Below are positions 50,614-59,995 of a stretch of 64,000 nt of DNA, in pieces (within the stretch, counting starts at the first letter, position 1; the number at the start of each line of letters is the position of its first letter). Made by a program: the position numbers and the translations under genes. Source of the stretch: Candidatus Methylomirabilia bacterium (GTDB taxonomy: Bacteria > Methylomirabilota > Methylomirabilia > Rokubacteriales > CSP1-6); assembly GCA_041492755.1 (NCBI GenBank), contig JBGPXN010000003.1, positions 3,800 to 67,799 on the forward strand, in the 5' to 3' direction. Below the pieces are notes generated by a model that ran no database searches, was not told where the DNA came from, and saw nothing but the letters and a program-made list of their open reading frames with translations.

Positions 50614-50651
50614 ACGTGGACCGGACTGCCGATGGAGACGTGGCGGTGACC

Positions 50652-51329
50652 ATGGTCGGCACGCGTGCCTGCGTCATCGCCATCGACGGTCCGGCCGGGG
50701 CGGGGAAGAGCACGGCGGCTGGCTTGCTGGCCCGTCGGCTCGGCTACCGACTCATCGACACCGGCGCCATGTACCGCGCGCTGGCGTGGAGCGTGGCCCG
50801 GGCCGGGCTTCAGCCCCAGGATAGCCCCGCGTTGCGGCAACATCTCGACCGGGTGAAGATCGACGTCGTCGGTGAGCGGGTCCTCGTCGACGGCGTGGAC
50901 GTCGGCGGCGAGATCCGTACGCCGGCGATCAGTGGACTGACCTCGCGGCTCACGACCCTGCCGTCCGTGCGCGACAAGGTGACGCCACTGCAGCGCAAGC
51001 TGGCTGCCGCCGGGGGCGTCGTCCTCGAAGGCCGCGATATCGGCACCGTGGTGTGTCCGGACGCCGACGTGAAGTTTTTCCTGGAGGCGTCGCTCGAGGA
51101 ACGCGCGCGCCGCCGTCACGCCGAGCTGGGCGAGCGCGGTGGGACGATGCCCCTCGAGCGTGTCCGCGAGGACCTGGCCGCGCGCGATGCCCAGGACCGG
51201 ACCCGCGCGGTAGCGCCGCTCGTCAAGGCCGACGACGCCATCACCGTGGACAGCACCGATCGGACACCGGAGCAGGTCGTCGAGCTCATGCTCCAGGCGA
51301 TCGAGCGACAATGCTGTACCCAATTCTAA
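50652..51329 (+). CDS. cmk: Cytidylate kinase
   Basis: P-loop IAIDGPAGAGKST and DTGAMYR. The start could be ATG 50652 or GTG 50646. The track start at 49812 is an artefactual extension. Confidence 0.9.
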   Translation: MVGTRACVIAIDGPAGAGKSTAAGLLARRLGYRLIDTGAMYRALAWSVARAGLQPQDSPALRQHLDRVKIDVVGERVLVDGVDVGGEIRTPAISGLTSRLTTLPSVRDKVTPLQRKLAAAGGVVLEGRDIGTVVCPDADVKFFLEASLEERARRRHAELGERGGTMPLERVREDLAARDAQDRTRAVAPLVKADDAITVDSTDRTPEQVVELMLQAIERQCCTQF

Positions 51330-52033
51330 AATGGATGGCCGTGCGGGCGATGCGCCTGCTCTTTCGGGTGCGGGCGTACGGGCAGCACGAAATTCCCCGG
51401 ACCGGAGCGGTCCTGCTCGTCGCCAACCACTCGAGCCTCGTCGACCCGCCCGCGATCGGGGGACTGACCCCGCGGCCGGTCACGTTCCTGGCGAAAGCCG
51501 AGTTGTTCAGCATCCCATTCCTGGGCTGGCTGATCACCCGCCTCAATGCGCGCCCGTTGCGGCGCGCCGGCGCGGATCCGTCCGCGCTACGCCTCGCGCT
51601 GCGCGTGCTCCAGGAGCAGGGCGTGCTGCTCGTGTTCCCGGAAGGCACGCGAGGTGACGAGGGGGTGCTTCGTCCGGCCAAGGCGGGTGCGGGCATGCTG
51701 GCGCTGCTGAGCGGCGCGGCGGTGGTACCCGTGTACATCGCCGGATCGGGGCGGGCGTGGCCGCGCGGACGCTGGCTCCCACGGCCTTGCCGGATCACGG
51801 TATGCTTTGGGGCACCCCTGCGCTTCGAGCGCCACGACGGCCACAGCCGGAAGGAGAACTATGAGGCGGCAAGCGCCGAGATGATGTCGGCCATCGCGCG
51901 CCTCCGGGACACCGCCGCCTCCCGCGGCGGGATCGCTTTGTCCCCTGAAGCGGATCGCGCAGTCGGCGGGATGGGTGTGGGAGGACCCCAGGTCGCGCCC
52001 AAATACTCAGAGGAAAGGAACGTGCAGCAATGA
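51311..52033 (+). CDS. plsC: 1-acyl-sn-glycerol-3-phosphate acyltransferase
   Basis: HX4D motif (VANHSSLVDP) and FPEGTRG. Confidence 0.85.
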   Translation: MLYPILKWMAVRAMRLLFRVRAYGQHEIPRTGAVLLVANHSSLVDPPAIGGLTPRPVTFLAKAELFSIPFLGWLITRLNARPLRRAGADPSALRLALRVLQEQGVLLVFPEGTRGDEGVLRPAKAGAGMLALLSGAAVVPVYIAGSGRAWPRGRWLPRPCRITVCFGAPLRFERHDGHSRKENYEAASAEMMSAIARLRDTAASRGGIALSPEADRAVGGMGVGGPQVAPKYSEERNVQQ

Positions 52034-53760
52034 TGAAGGACGAACCGCGTGAGCCTCTCGGTCGAGGTGGAAGGGAGGGCGGAGAAGACATCGCCGAGGA
52101 ACGGATGGAGGAGTGGTACGACACCGGTGTCGCCGAGTTCGAGGAAGGTGAGGTCGTTCGGGGCCGCGTCGTGCACGTGGGAAGCGGTGAGGTCCTCGTC
52201 GACGTCGGCTACAAGAGCGAGGGCGCCATTCCGATCGAGGAGTTCCACCGGGGCGAGCTTCCCCGGGTCGGGGACGAGATCGACGTCTACCTCGAGGCGA
52301 AGGAAGACTCGGAAGGCCTGATCGTCCTCTCCAAGGACAAGGCGGACAAGATCAAGGTCTGGGACGCGATCACCCAGGCCTACGAGAAGGGCTCGCCGGT
52401 GGAAGGCCGCGTGGTCGAGGTCGTCAAGGGTGGCCTCGCCGTGGACGTGGGCGTGAAGGCGTTTCTCCCCGGTTCCCAGGTCGACGTCCGTCCGGTGAAG
52501 AACCTCGCCTCGCTGATGGGTCAGACCATCCGGGCCAAGGTCATCAAGCTCAATCGCCGGCGGGGCAACGTCGTGCTGTCGCGCCGCACGGTGCTGGAGG
52601 AGGAGCGGGACGAAAAGCGCAAGCACACGCTGGAGGTCCTGCACGAGGGCCTCGTGCTCACCGGCACGGTGAAGAACATCACCGACTACGGCGCGTTCAT
52701 CGACCTCGGCGGCATCGACGGCCTGCTGCACGTGACCGACATGTCGTGGGGCCGGGTCGGCCACCCCTCCGAGCTCTTCCAGGTCGGCGACCAGGTGGAG
52801 GTCGTGGTGCTGCACTTCGACCGCGAGAGCGGGCGCGTGTCCCTGGGCTACAAGCAGAAGTCGTCGGATCCCTGGGAGCACGTCGAGCAGACGTACCAGG
52901 CCGGCACCAAGACCAAGGGGCGGGTCGTCAGCCTCACGAACTACGGTGCCTTCGTCGAGCTGGAGCCCGGGGTGGAGGGGCTCGTGCACGTCTCCGAGAT
53001 GTCGTGGACGCGGCGCGTGCGTCACCCCTCGAAGATCGTCAACGTGGGGGACGAGGTCGACGTGGTCGTGCTCGACGTCAACCGCGCGGCCAAGCGGATC
53101 TCGCTCGGCATGAAGCAGGCCGAGGTCGATCCCTGGACGACGATCGACCAGCGCTACCGGCCGGGCGACCGGGTGCAGGGTCGCGTGCGCAACCTCACCG
53201 ACTTCGGCGCATTCATCGAGCTCGAGCCGGGCGTGGACGGTCTGCTGCACATCTCGGACATGTCGTGGACGCGCAACGTCGGGCACCCCTCGGAATTGCT
53301 CAAGAAGGGGCAAGACCTCGAGACCCAGATCCTGAACATCGATCGCGACAACAAGCGGATCTCGCTTGGGCTCAAGCAGATCCAGCCGGATCCGTGGACC
53401 ACGGTGGCCCAGCGCTACCCGATGGGCTCGCGCGTGACCGGCAAGGTCGTCCGACTCACCGACTTCGGGGCCTTCGTGGAGCTCGAACCGGGGGTGGACG
53501 GCTTGCTGCACATCTCGCAGATGTCGAGCCGGCCGATCGCCACTCCGGCCGAGGTCGTGAACGTGGGTGACGAGCTGACCCTGCTCGTGATCCGCGCCGA
53601 CGCCCACGAGCGGCGCATCGGGCTGAGCCTGAAGGAGCTCGCGCACGCCGTCGACATGTCGCGCGAGGTGGAGGAGCAACGTGGTGCCGGCCATGCGCGT
53701 GGCCGAAAGGGTGGCGGGCGTCGGCAGCGCACCGACTACGACGACGACGAGGAGGAATAG
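52030..53760 (+). CDS. rpsA: 30S ribosomal protein S1
   Basis: Six S1 repeats (e.g. GRVVSLTNYGAFVELEPGVEGLVHVSEMSW) and an acidic C-terminal tail. Confidence 0.95.
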   Translation: MMKDEPREPLGRGGREGGEDIAEERMEEWYDTGVAEFEEGEVVRGRVVHVGSGEVLVDVGYKSEGAIPIEEFHRGELPRVGDEIDVYLEAKEDSEGLIVLSKDKADKIKVWDAITQAYEKGSPVEGRVVEVVKGGLAVDVGVKAFLPGSQVDVRPVKNLASLMGQTIRAKVIKLNRRRGNVVLSRRTVLEEERDEKRKHTLEVLHEGLVLTGTVKNITDYGAFIDLGGIDGLLHVTDMSWGRVGHPSELFQVGDQVEVVVLHFDRESGRVSLGYKQKSSDPWEHVEQTYQAGTKTKGRVVSLTNYGAFVELEPGVEGLVHVSEMSWTRRVRHPSKIVNVGDEVDVVVLDVNRAAKRISLGMKQAEVDPWTTIDQRYRPGDRVQGRVRNLTDFGAFIELEPGVDGLLHISDMSWTRNVGHPSELLKKGQDLETQILNIDRDNKRISLGLKQIQPDPWTTVAQRYPMGSRVTGKVVRLTDFGAFVELEPGVDGLLHISQMSSRPIATPAEVVNVGDELTLLVIRADAHERRIGLSLKELAHAVDMSREVEEQRGAGHARGRKGGGRRQRTDYDDDEEE

Positions 53761-53767
53761 GTAGACC

Positions 53768-54655
53768 GTGGGCCGGCGGGCGAGCGTCCTCGCCCTCGCG
53801 CTGCTCCTTTACATCGGCGTCGCAGGCCTGTTCCTCCTCAGCGTCTCGGCGCTGGGGTCGGGGTGGGAGGCCGGCTTCGGCTTCGGTCCCCGCGTGGCCG
53901 TGGTCGAGGTCGAGGGCATGATCGTGGACGCGGAAGAGATCCTTCGCGACCTCAAGGCGCACCGCGAGAACCCGCTCGTCCGTGCGGTGGTGATTCGCAT
54001 CAACAGCCCCGGCGGGGTGGTGGCGCCCACGCAGGAGATCTATCAAGCGGTCCAGCGCGTGCGTGAGGCGGGTAAGCCGGTGGTCGCCTCGCTGGGCTCG
54101 GTGGCGGCATCCGGCGGCTACTACATCGCCGCCGCCGCCAACGAGATCTACGCGAACCCCGGCACGCTCACCGGCTCGATCGGCGTCATCATGCAGCTCG
54201 CCAACGTCGAGAGCTTGATGAAGAAGATCGGTGTCGAGTGGGTCGTGGTGAAGGCGGGGGCGTTCAAGGATCTCGGCAACGTCGGGCGCCCGATGACGCC
54301 CGAGGAGCGGCGCGTGCTGCAAGCACTGCTCGATGACGTCCACGGCCAGTTCATCGCCGCCGTCGCGGAGGGGCGCAAGCTCGACCGCGCCGAGGTCGTG
54401 CGCTTCGCCGACGGGCGCGTGTTCACCGGTGCGCAGGCGCAGTCGCTCAAGATGGTGGACAAGCTCGGCGGCTTCGAAGACGCCATCGACGCCGCTGGCC
54501 GCCTTGCCGGCCTTGCCGCGCCGCCCCGCGTGATACCGCCCCGCCGGCGCTTCTCGATCTTCGATCTGGTGAAAAACCAGATAGGTCTCCCGTATCCCTC
54601 CGCGCTCACTCGCTCGCTTCCGGTGTTCAAGACGCCGCTCTACCTCATGGAGTAG
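53768..54655 (+). CDS. sppA: Signal peptide peptidase SppA (36K type, S49)
   Basis: An N-terminal TM segment, then RINSPGGVV and the catalytic region ASGGYYIAAAANEIYA. Confidence 0.9.
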   Translation: MGRRASVLALALLLYIGVAGLFLLSVSALGSGWEAGFGFGPRVAVVEVEGMIVDAEEILRDLKAHRENPLVRAVVIRINSPGGVVAPTQEIYQAVQRVREAGKPVVASLGSVAASGGYYIAAAANEIYANPGTLTGSIGVIMQLANVESLMKKIGVEWVVVKAGAFKDLGNVGRPMTPEERRVLQALLDDVHGQFIAAVAEGRKLDRAEVVRFADGRVFTGAQAQSLKMVDKLGGFEDAIDAAGRLAGLAAPPRVIPPRRRFSIFDLVKNQIGLPYPSALTRSLPVFKTPLYLME

Positions 54656-54657
54656 TG

Positions 54658-54732
54658 ACATGGGGGGCCCCGATATGGCCCCCCATACCCCCCGCCGCTC
54701 GGAGCGCCCCGGGAAACCCGGGGCGCTCCTCG
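54658..54732 (+). repeat. GC-rich double-palindrome repeat, copy B (75 nt)
   Basis: ACATGGGGGGCCCCGATATGGCCCCCCA (54658-54685) matches copy A at 27 of 28 positions. The 29-nt palindrome GGAGCGCCCCGGGAAACCCGGGGCGCTCC (54701-54729) matches at 29 of 29. The copy starts 2 nt after the sppA TAG. Confidence 0.85.
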
Positions 54733-54856
54733 TTCTCGGTTACTCCGACAGGCTGCTGGGGTAGGGCGGGCCGCGTCGGGGCCCCTGCGCCTCCGGCGCT
54801 CGGAGTCCGCCTGCCCTCCTCGGTCTGCCTGGGTGACCCCTAACTTGCTGCGGAAG

Positions 54857-54886
54857 TTGACATTCTCGCGGATTGCATGCTAGGGT
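54857..54886 (+). promoter_or_regulatory. Putative ihfB promoter (-35 TTGACA, 18-nt spacer, extended -10 TGcTAGGGT)
   Basis: A perfect TTGACA at 54857-54862 and TGCTAGGGT at 54878-54886, about 43 nt upstream of the ATG. Confidence 0.5.
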
Positions 54887-54929
54887 TCGTTCTGGCTCGA
54901 ACACGCGGAATCACCGTGACGGAGCGATG

Positions 54930-55205
54930 ATGACGAAAGCCGAGTTGATCGACGAGGTCTCCCGGATCGCGAATCTGACCAAGAAGGAGACCGAGACGAT
55001 CGTCAACACCATCTTCGACAACATCACCGAGGCGCTCGCGACTGGTGACAAGGTCGAGTTGCGGGGCTTCGGCAGCTTCCGCATCCGTCATCGCAATTCC
55101 CGCAAGGGCCGGAATCCCAAGACCGGATCTCCCGTCGACGTCCCGCAGAAGCGGGTGCCCTTCTTCAAGGTGGGCAAGCGACTGCGCGAGCTCGTGAACA
55201 CGTGA
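54930..55205 (+). CDS. ihfB: Integration host factor beta-like DNA-binding protein (IHF/HU family)
   Basis: MTKAELIDEV..., GFGSFRIRHRNSRKGRNPKTG and the DNA-binding arm with Pro. GGAG at 54921-54924. The cmk-rpsA-ihfB order is conserved as in E. coli. Confidence 0.85.
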   Translation: MTKAELIDEVSRIANLTKKETETIVNTIFDNITEALATGDKVELRGFGSFRIRHRNSRKGRNPKTGSPVDVPQKRVPFFKVGKRLRELVNT

Positions 55206-55221
55206 GGCGACGCCTGGCGGC

Positions 55222-55707
55222 GTGACGAAGCGCCTCTGGGCCCCCTGGCGGATGGCCTACATCGGGAGCGCCAGGGCCGCCGCCGGTTGCGTCTTCTGCG
55301 AGGCTCTATCCCGCACCGACGACCGCGCGAGCCTCGTCCTCACGCGCGGTGACCGGGCCTACCTGATCCTCAACGCGTATCCCTATACGTCCGGTCACCT
55401 CATGGCCGTGATCAATCGCCACGTCGGCGACGTGACCCAGGCCACCGCCGAGGAGTGGGCGGCGGTGATGGGATTGGCCGCGACGGCCGCGGGCGCGCTC
55501 AGTGCCGAGTACGGCGCCGACGGGTTCAACATCGGGATCAACCAGGGACGGGTGGCGGGCGCGGGCATCGAGGGCCACCTGCACGTGCACGTCGTTCCAC
55601 GCTGGCACGGCGATTCCAACTTCATGGGCGTGGTCGGCGACGTGCGCGTGCTGCCGGAGGCGCTCGAGCAGACCTGGAAACGGCTCAAGGCGCGGCTGCA
55701 TGGCTGA
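55222..55707 (+). CDS. HIT family protein (Ap4A phosphorylase/GalT-like branch)
   Basis: Histidine triad HLHVHVVPR. 161 aa. Confidence 0.85.
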   Translation: MTKRLWAPWRMAYIGSARAAAGCVFCEALSRTDDRASLVLTRGDRAYLILNAYPYTSGHLMAVINRHVGDVTQATAEEWAAVMGLAATAAGALSAEYGADGFNIGINQGRVAGAGIEGHLHVHVVPRWHGDSNFMGVVGDVRVLPEALEQTWKRLKARLHG

Positions 55708-58267
55708 GCCGGCCAGCCTCACGCCGATGATGCGGCAGTACCGCGAGCTCAAGCAGCGGTATCCCGACTACTTCCTGCTCTTCCGTCTCGGCGATTTCTA
55801 CGAGCTGTTCTTCGAGGACGCCGAAGCCGGCGCACGGCTGCTCTCGATCACGCTGACCTCGCGCCAGGGCGCGCCCATGGCCGGCATCCCGCACCACGCG
55901 GCCGAGGGCTACATCGCGCGGCTGGTGCAGGCCGGGCGGAAGATCGCGCTCTGCGAGCAGATGGAGGCGCCCGGGCCGGGCAAGAAGCTGTTGCGGAGGG
56001 ACGTGGTGCGGCTCATCACGCCGGGCACGATCACGGACACCGCCTACCTGCCCGGCGCCGCCAACAACTTCCTGCTCGCGGTCGCGCCGGCCCGTGACCT
56101 GCTCGGCGTCGCGCTCGTCGACGTCTCCACCGGCGAGTTCTGGGTGGGGGAGGACGGCGCCGGCGACGACGGCGTGCTCGCCGCCGCATTGCTCCGTCGC
56201 CCCGCCGAAGTCCTGCTGCCCGAGTCGGTGAAGGAGCGGCCGCAGCTCGCGCGCCGGCTCGAAGCCACCGGCGCCACCCTCACCTTCGCGGACGCGGCGG
56301 CGATGCCGCCCCGGCGCGCCGCCGCCGATCTCTGCGCGCACTTCAGCGTGCCGACGCTCGACGCGTACGGACTCGGCGACATGACGGCGGGCCTGCAAGC
56401 CGCCGCGGGCGCGCTGGGCTACTTGCGCGCGACCCAGGGCGAGGCGCTCGGGCACCTCACACGCCTGGCCCGCCTGGCCACCGCCGACGCGATGACCATT
56501 GACGAGACCGCGGTGGAGACGCTTGAGCTGCTGGACACGCGCGGCGGCCAGCCCCGCGGCTCGTTGCTCGGCGTCCTCAACCAGACCGTCACCCCGATGG
56601 GCGCGCGCCTGCTTCGCCAGTGGCTGCTGCGCCCGCTCCTCGACCCGGACGCCATCGCCGCCCGTCACGACGCGGTCGCGGCGCTGGTGGAAGCGCCCGC
56701 GGCCCGCACGCGCCTGCGCGCTCTGCTGGGCCACGTCGGCGATCTGGAGCGGCTCACGAGCCGCGCCACGCTGGGCGTCGCGCATGCGCGCGATCTCGTC
56801 GGTCTCCGCTCCTGCCTGGCGCCGCTCGACGACGTTCGCGACGCCTGCGCCGGCGTTCCGGCGGCGCTGATCGAGACGGCGCGCGACGATCTCGCCCCGC
56901 TCGACGCGCTCGCCCGGCTGCTTCAAGACGCGCTCGTCGACGAGCCGCCGCTCACGCTGCACGACGGCGGTCTCATTCGCGAGACGTGGAGCGAGCCGCT
57001 CGCGGCCCTCATCGCGGACGCGCGCGAGGCCCGGCGGTGGATCGCCGGGCTCGAGGCGCGCGAGCGCGCGCGCACCGGCATCTCGAGCTTGCGCGTGCGC
57101 TACAACCGTGTCTTCGGCTACGGCATCGAGGTGACGCACGCCCAGACCGGCCGCGTTCCCGAGGACTACGTGCGGCGCCAGACGCTGACGGGCGCGGAAC
57201 GCTACGTCACCGCCGAGCTCAAGGAGGCCGAGGCGCGCGTGCTCGGCGCGGACGAGCGGCGCCGCAAGCTCGAGTACGAGCTGTTCGAGGACGTGCGACG
57301 CCGAGCGGCGGCGGATGCGGCGGCCGTGCTGGCGACCGCGCGGGCGCTCGGGCGGCTCGACGTGCTGGCGGCGCTGGCCGAAGTCGCGCATGCGCGCGGG
57401 CACGTCCGGCCGGTCGTGGATCGGAGCGATTCGCTCCTGATCGTCGAGGGCCGGCACCCGGTGCTGGAGGCCCGACCCGGCGAGCCGGTGACGCCGAACG
57501 ACCTCGCGCTCGATCGCGAGGCGCGGGTCGTCATCCTCACCGGGCCGAACATGGCCGGCAAGTCGGTCTACCTCCGCCAGGCCGGGCATATCGTGATCCT
57601 GGCCCAGATGGGCGCGTTCGTGCCGGCGCGCGAGGCCCGGCTCGGCGTCGTCGACCGCGTGTTCACGCGCGTGGGCGCCCAGGACAACCTCGGCCGTGGG
57701 CAGAGCACCTTCCTGGTCGAGATGGTCGAGACGGCCAACATCCTGAACAACGTCACGCCGCGCAGCCTCGTCCTGCTCGACGAGGTTGGCCGCGGCACGT
57801 CCACGTTCGACGGCCTGGCCATCGCGTGGGCGGTGGTCGAGGCCCTGCACGACGACACGCGCGGCCCCAAGGTCTTGTTTGCGACCCACTTCCACGAGCT
57901 GACCCAGCTCGCCCAGCGGCTGGCCGGTGTGCGAAACCTCCACGTCGCGGTCCGGGAGTGGAACGACGAGATCGTCTTTCTTCACAAGGTCCAGCCCGGA
58001 AGTACCGATCGAAGCTATGGAATTCAGGTCGCCCGCCTGGCCGGTCTGCCGGCGGCGGTGATCACCCGAGCCAAGGGATTGCTGGCCGAGCTCGAAGCCT
58101 CTCGCCAGCAGGCCGCCGATCAGAGCGATGCCGAGCAGCTCGGATTGTTCGCGGCCGCCGGTCCCGATCCGCTCGCCACCGAGCTCGCCCAGCTCGACCT
58201 CGCCCACCTCACGCCGCTGGAGGCGCTGAATCTCCTGGCGAAGTGGCAGCAGCGCGTCGCGCGATGA
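55700..58267 (+). CDS. mutS: DNA mismatch repair protein MutS
   Basis: ATG at 55700. LTPMMRQYRELKQRYPDYFLLFRLGDFYELFFEDA, Walker A GPNMAGKS and STFLVEM motifs. Confidence 0.95.
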   Translation: MAEPASLTPMMRQYRELKQRYPDYFLLFRLGDFYELFFEDAEAGARLLSITLTSRQGAPMAGIPHHAAEGYIARLVQAGRKIALCEQMEAPGPGKKLLRRDVVRLITPGTITDTAYLPGAANNFLLAVAPARDLLGVALVDVSTGEFWVGEDGAGDDGVLAAALLRRPAEVLLPESVKERPQLARRLEATGATLTFADAAAMPPRRAAADLCAHFSVPTLDAYGLGDMTAGLQAAAGALGYLRATQGEALGHLTRLARLATADAMTIDETAVETLELLDTRGGQPRGSLLGVLNQTVTPMGARLLRQWLLRPLLDPDAIAARHDAVAALVEAPAARTRLRALLGHVGDLERLTSRATLGVAHARDLVGLRSCLAPLDDVRDACAGVPAALIETARDDLAPLDALARLLQDALVDEPPLTLHDGGLIRETWSEPLAALIADAREARRWIAGLEARERARTGISSLRVRYNRVFGYGIEVTHAQTGRVPEDYVRRQTLTGAERYVTAELKEAEARVLGADERRRKLEYELFEDVRRRAAADAAAVLATARALGRLDVLAALAEVAHARGHVRPVVDRSDSLLIVEGRHPVLEARPGEPVTPNDLALDREARVVILTGPNMAGKSVYLRQAGHIVILAQMGAFVPAREARLGVVDRVFTRVGAQDNLGRGQSTFLVEMVETANILNNVTPRSLVLLDEVGRGTSTFDGLAIAWAVVEALHDDTRGPKVLFATHFHELTQLAQRLAGVRNLHVAVREWNDEIVFLHKVQPGSTDRSYGIQVARLAGLPAAVITRAKGLLAELEASRQQAADQSDAEQLGLFAAAGPDPLATELAQLDLAHLTPLEALNLLAKWQQRVAR

Positions 58268-59976
58268 CGAATGCCGTGATCGGCCGAATCCGTCGACTGC
58301 CCGACCACCTGGTCAACAAGATCGCGGCCGGCGAGGTCGTCGAGCGGCCGGCGTCCGTGGTGAAGGAGCTGGTCGAGAACGCGCTCGATGCCGGGGCGCG
58401 CGCGATCACGATCGATCTGCGCGACGGCGGCACCAGCGCGATCCGGGTGACCGATGACGGCGGCGGGATGACGGCGGACGAGCTCGAGCTGGCGCTGGAG
58501 CGCCACGCCACCTCCAAGCTCCCGCGGGACGAAGACCTCGACGCCATCGCGACGCTGGGCTTCCGCGGCGAAGCGTTGCCCGCCATCTGCGCGGTGTCGC
58601 GCTTCACCATTACCACCGCGGTGGGGGGGACCAGTGCGGTGCCGGGCGCGGGCCAGGGCACGCGCGTGGCCGGGGAAGGCGGCACGATCAGCCAGCGGCT
58701 CGCGGTGCCCGCGGTGGGCGGCACCACCGTTGAGGTCGCCGACGTGTTCTTCAACACGCCCGCGCGGCTGAAGTTCTTGAAGTCCGCGGCGACCGAGCTG
58801 GCGATGAGCGTGCGTGCGGTGACGGTGCTCGCGGTCGCGCATTCCGACGTCCAGTTCCGCATGAGCAACAACGGCCGGGCGGTGCTGACCGCGCCCGCCG
58901 CGCGCGATCTCCGCTCGCGCATGGGGGCGCTCTGGGGCCACGACACGGCCGGGCGGCTGCTCGCCGTGGATCACGTCGAGCACGGCGTGGCCATCGCGGG
59001 CCTCGTGAGCCCGCCCGACGTCACCCGTGGGGGCCGCGACGACGTCGTCATCACCGTCAACGGCCGGCCGGTGCGGGACCCGCAGCTCTTCCACGCCGTG
59101 CTCGACGCGTATCGGCCGTTGCTTCCACGCGAGCGATTTCCGCTGACCGGCCTGGGCCTGGTCGTTCCGCCCACCGACGTCGACGTGAACGTGCATCCGA
59201 CGAAGGCATGGGTCCGGTTCCGTCATCCCCGGCTCGTGCACGAGATCCTCGTCGCGGGAGTCGGGACGGCGTTGCGCCGACACGCCGTCGTGCCGGCGGT
59301 GACGCGCCCGGCCAACGCGCCGCCCCCGGTGACGTTCACCGGGGCGCCCGAGGGCGAGACGCAGCCGCGGCTGTTCGCCGAAGCGCCGGCGGCCTACGTG
59401 AAGACGGCGTTCGGGCGCGTGCTCGGACAGGTCCAGGACACGTTCGTGGTGGCGACGTCCGACGAGGAAGTGTTCTTCGTCGATCAGCACGCCGCCCACG
59501 AGCGCGTGCTGTTCGATCGGCTGCAGCACGACGTGGCCACCGGCGCGCCCGCGTCACAAGAGCTGCTGTTCCCGGAGCCCCTGGAGCTGGCGCCGGCGGA
59601 TCGCGGGCTGCTGGATCGGTGGCGCGATCCGCTGGAGCGTCTGGGGTTCGCGTTCGAGCGCTTCGGGGGCGATGCCGTGGTGCTCCGCGCGGTGCCCGCG
59701 CTGCTCGGCGGCGACGAGCCCCGCCGCGTCGTCCAGGCCGTCGTCGGCGACCTCGGCGGCGCGCGGGCGGGGGAGCCGGCGGTGGACCGTGTGCTCGCGT
59801 TCGTCGCGTGCCGCGCGGCGATCAAGGCCAACACGGTGCTGGAACGCGACGAGATGGAGCGGCTGCTCGCGGATCTCGGCGCCACCACCACCCCGTACTT
59901 CTGCCCCCACGGGCGGCCCACCATGAGCCGGGTCTCGTTGGCCGACGTCCGCCGCGAGGTCAAGCGGTTGTGGTAA
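58264..59976 (+). CDS. mutL: DNA mismatch repair endonuclease MutL
   Basis: The ATG at 58264 overlaps the mutS stop. GHKL ATPase motif AAGEVVERPASVVKELVENALDAG. C-terminal endonuclease motif DQHAAHERVLF. Confidence 0.95.
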   Translation: MTNAVIGRIRRLPDHLVNKIAAGEVVERPASVVKELVENALDAGARAITIDLRDGGTSAIRVTDDGGGMTADELELALERHATSKLPRDEDLDAIATLGFRGEALPAICAVSRFTITTAVGGTSAVPGAGQGTRVAGEGGTISQRLAVPAVGGTTVEVADVFFNTPARLKFLKSAATELAMSVRAVTVLAVAHSDVQFRMSNNGRAVLTAPAARDLRSRMGALWGHDTAGRLLAVDHVEHGVAIAGLVSPPDVTRGGRDDVVITVNGRPVRDPQLFHAVLDAYRPLLPRERFPLTGLGLVVPPTDVDVNVHPTKAWVRFRHPRLVHEILVAGVGTALRRHAVVPAVTRPANAPPPVTFTGAPEGETQPRLFAEAPAAYVKTAFGRVLGQVQDTFVVATSDEEVFFVDQHAAHERVLFDRLQHDVATGAPASQELLFPEPLELAPADRGLLDRWRDPLERLGFAFERFGGDAVVLRAVPALLGGDEPRRVVQAVVGDLGGARAGEPAVDRVLAFVACRAAIKANTVLERDEMERLLADLGATTTPYFCPHGRPTMSRVSLADVRREVKRLW

Positions 59977-59995
59977 TGGTAGAGTCAATCGATCG

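Noticed and set aside
45891-54732. Palindromic repeats as a CRISPR array or attC/integron sites.
   Set aside because: There are only two copies, 8.7 kb apart, separated by ordinary housekeeping genes. There is no regular spacing and no cas or integrase genes.
54655-54843. 62-aa track ORF (MTWGAPIWPP...) after sppA.
   Set aside because: It reads through repeat copy B in a different frame from the scpB-associated copy A, so the repeat is not conserved as a peptide. It has no RBS and is low-complexity.
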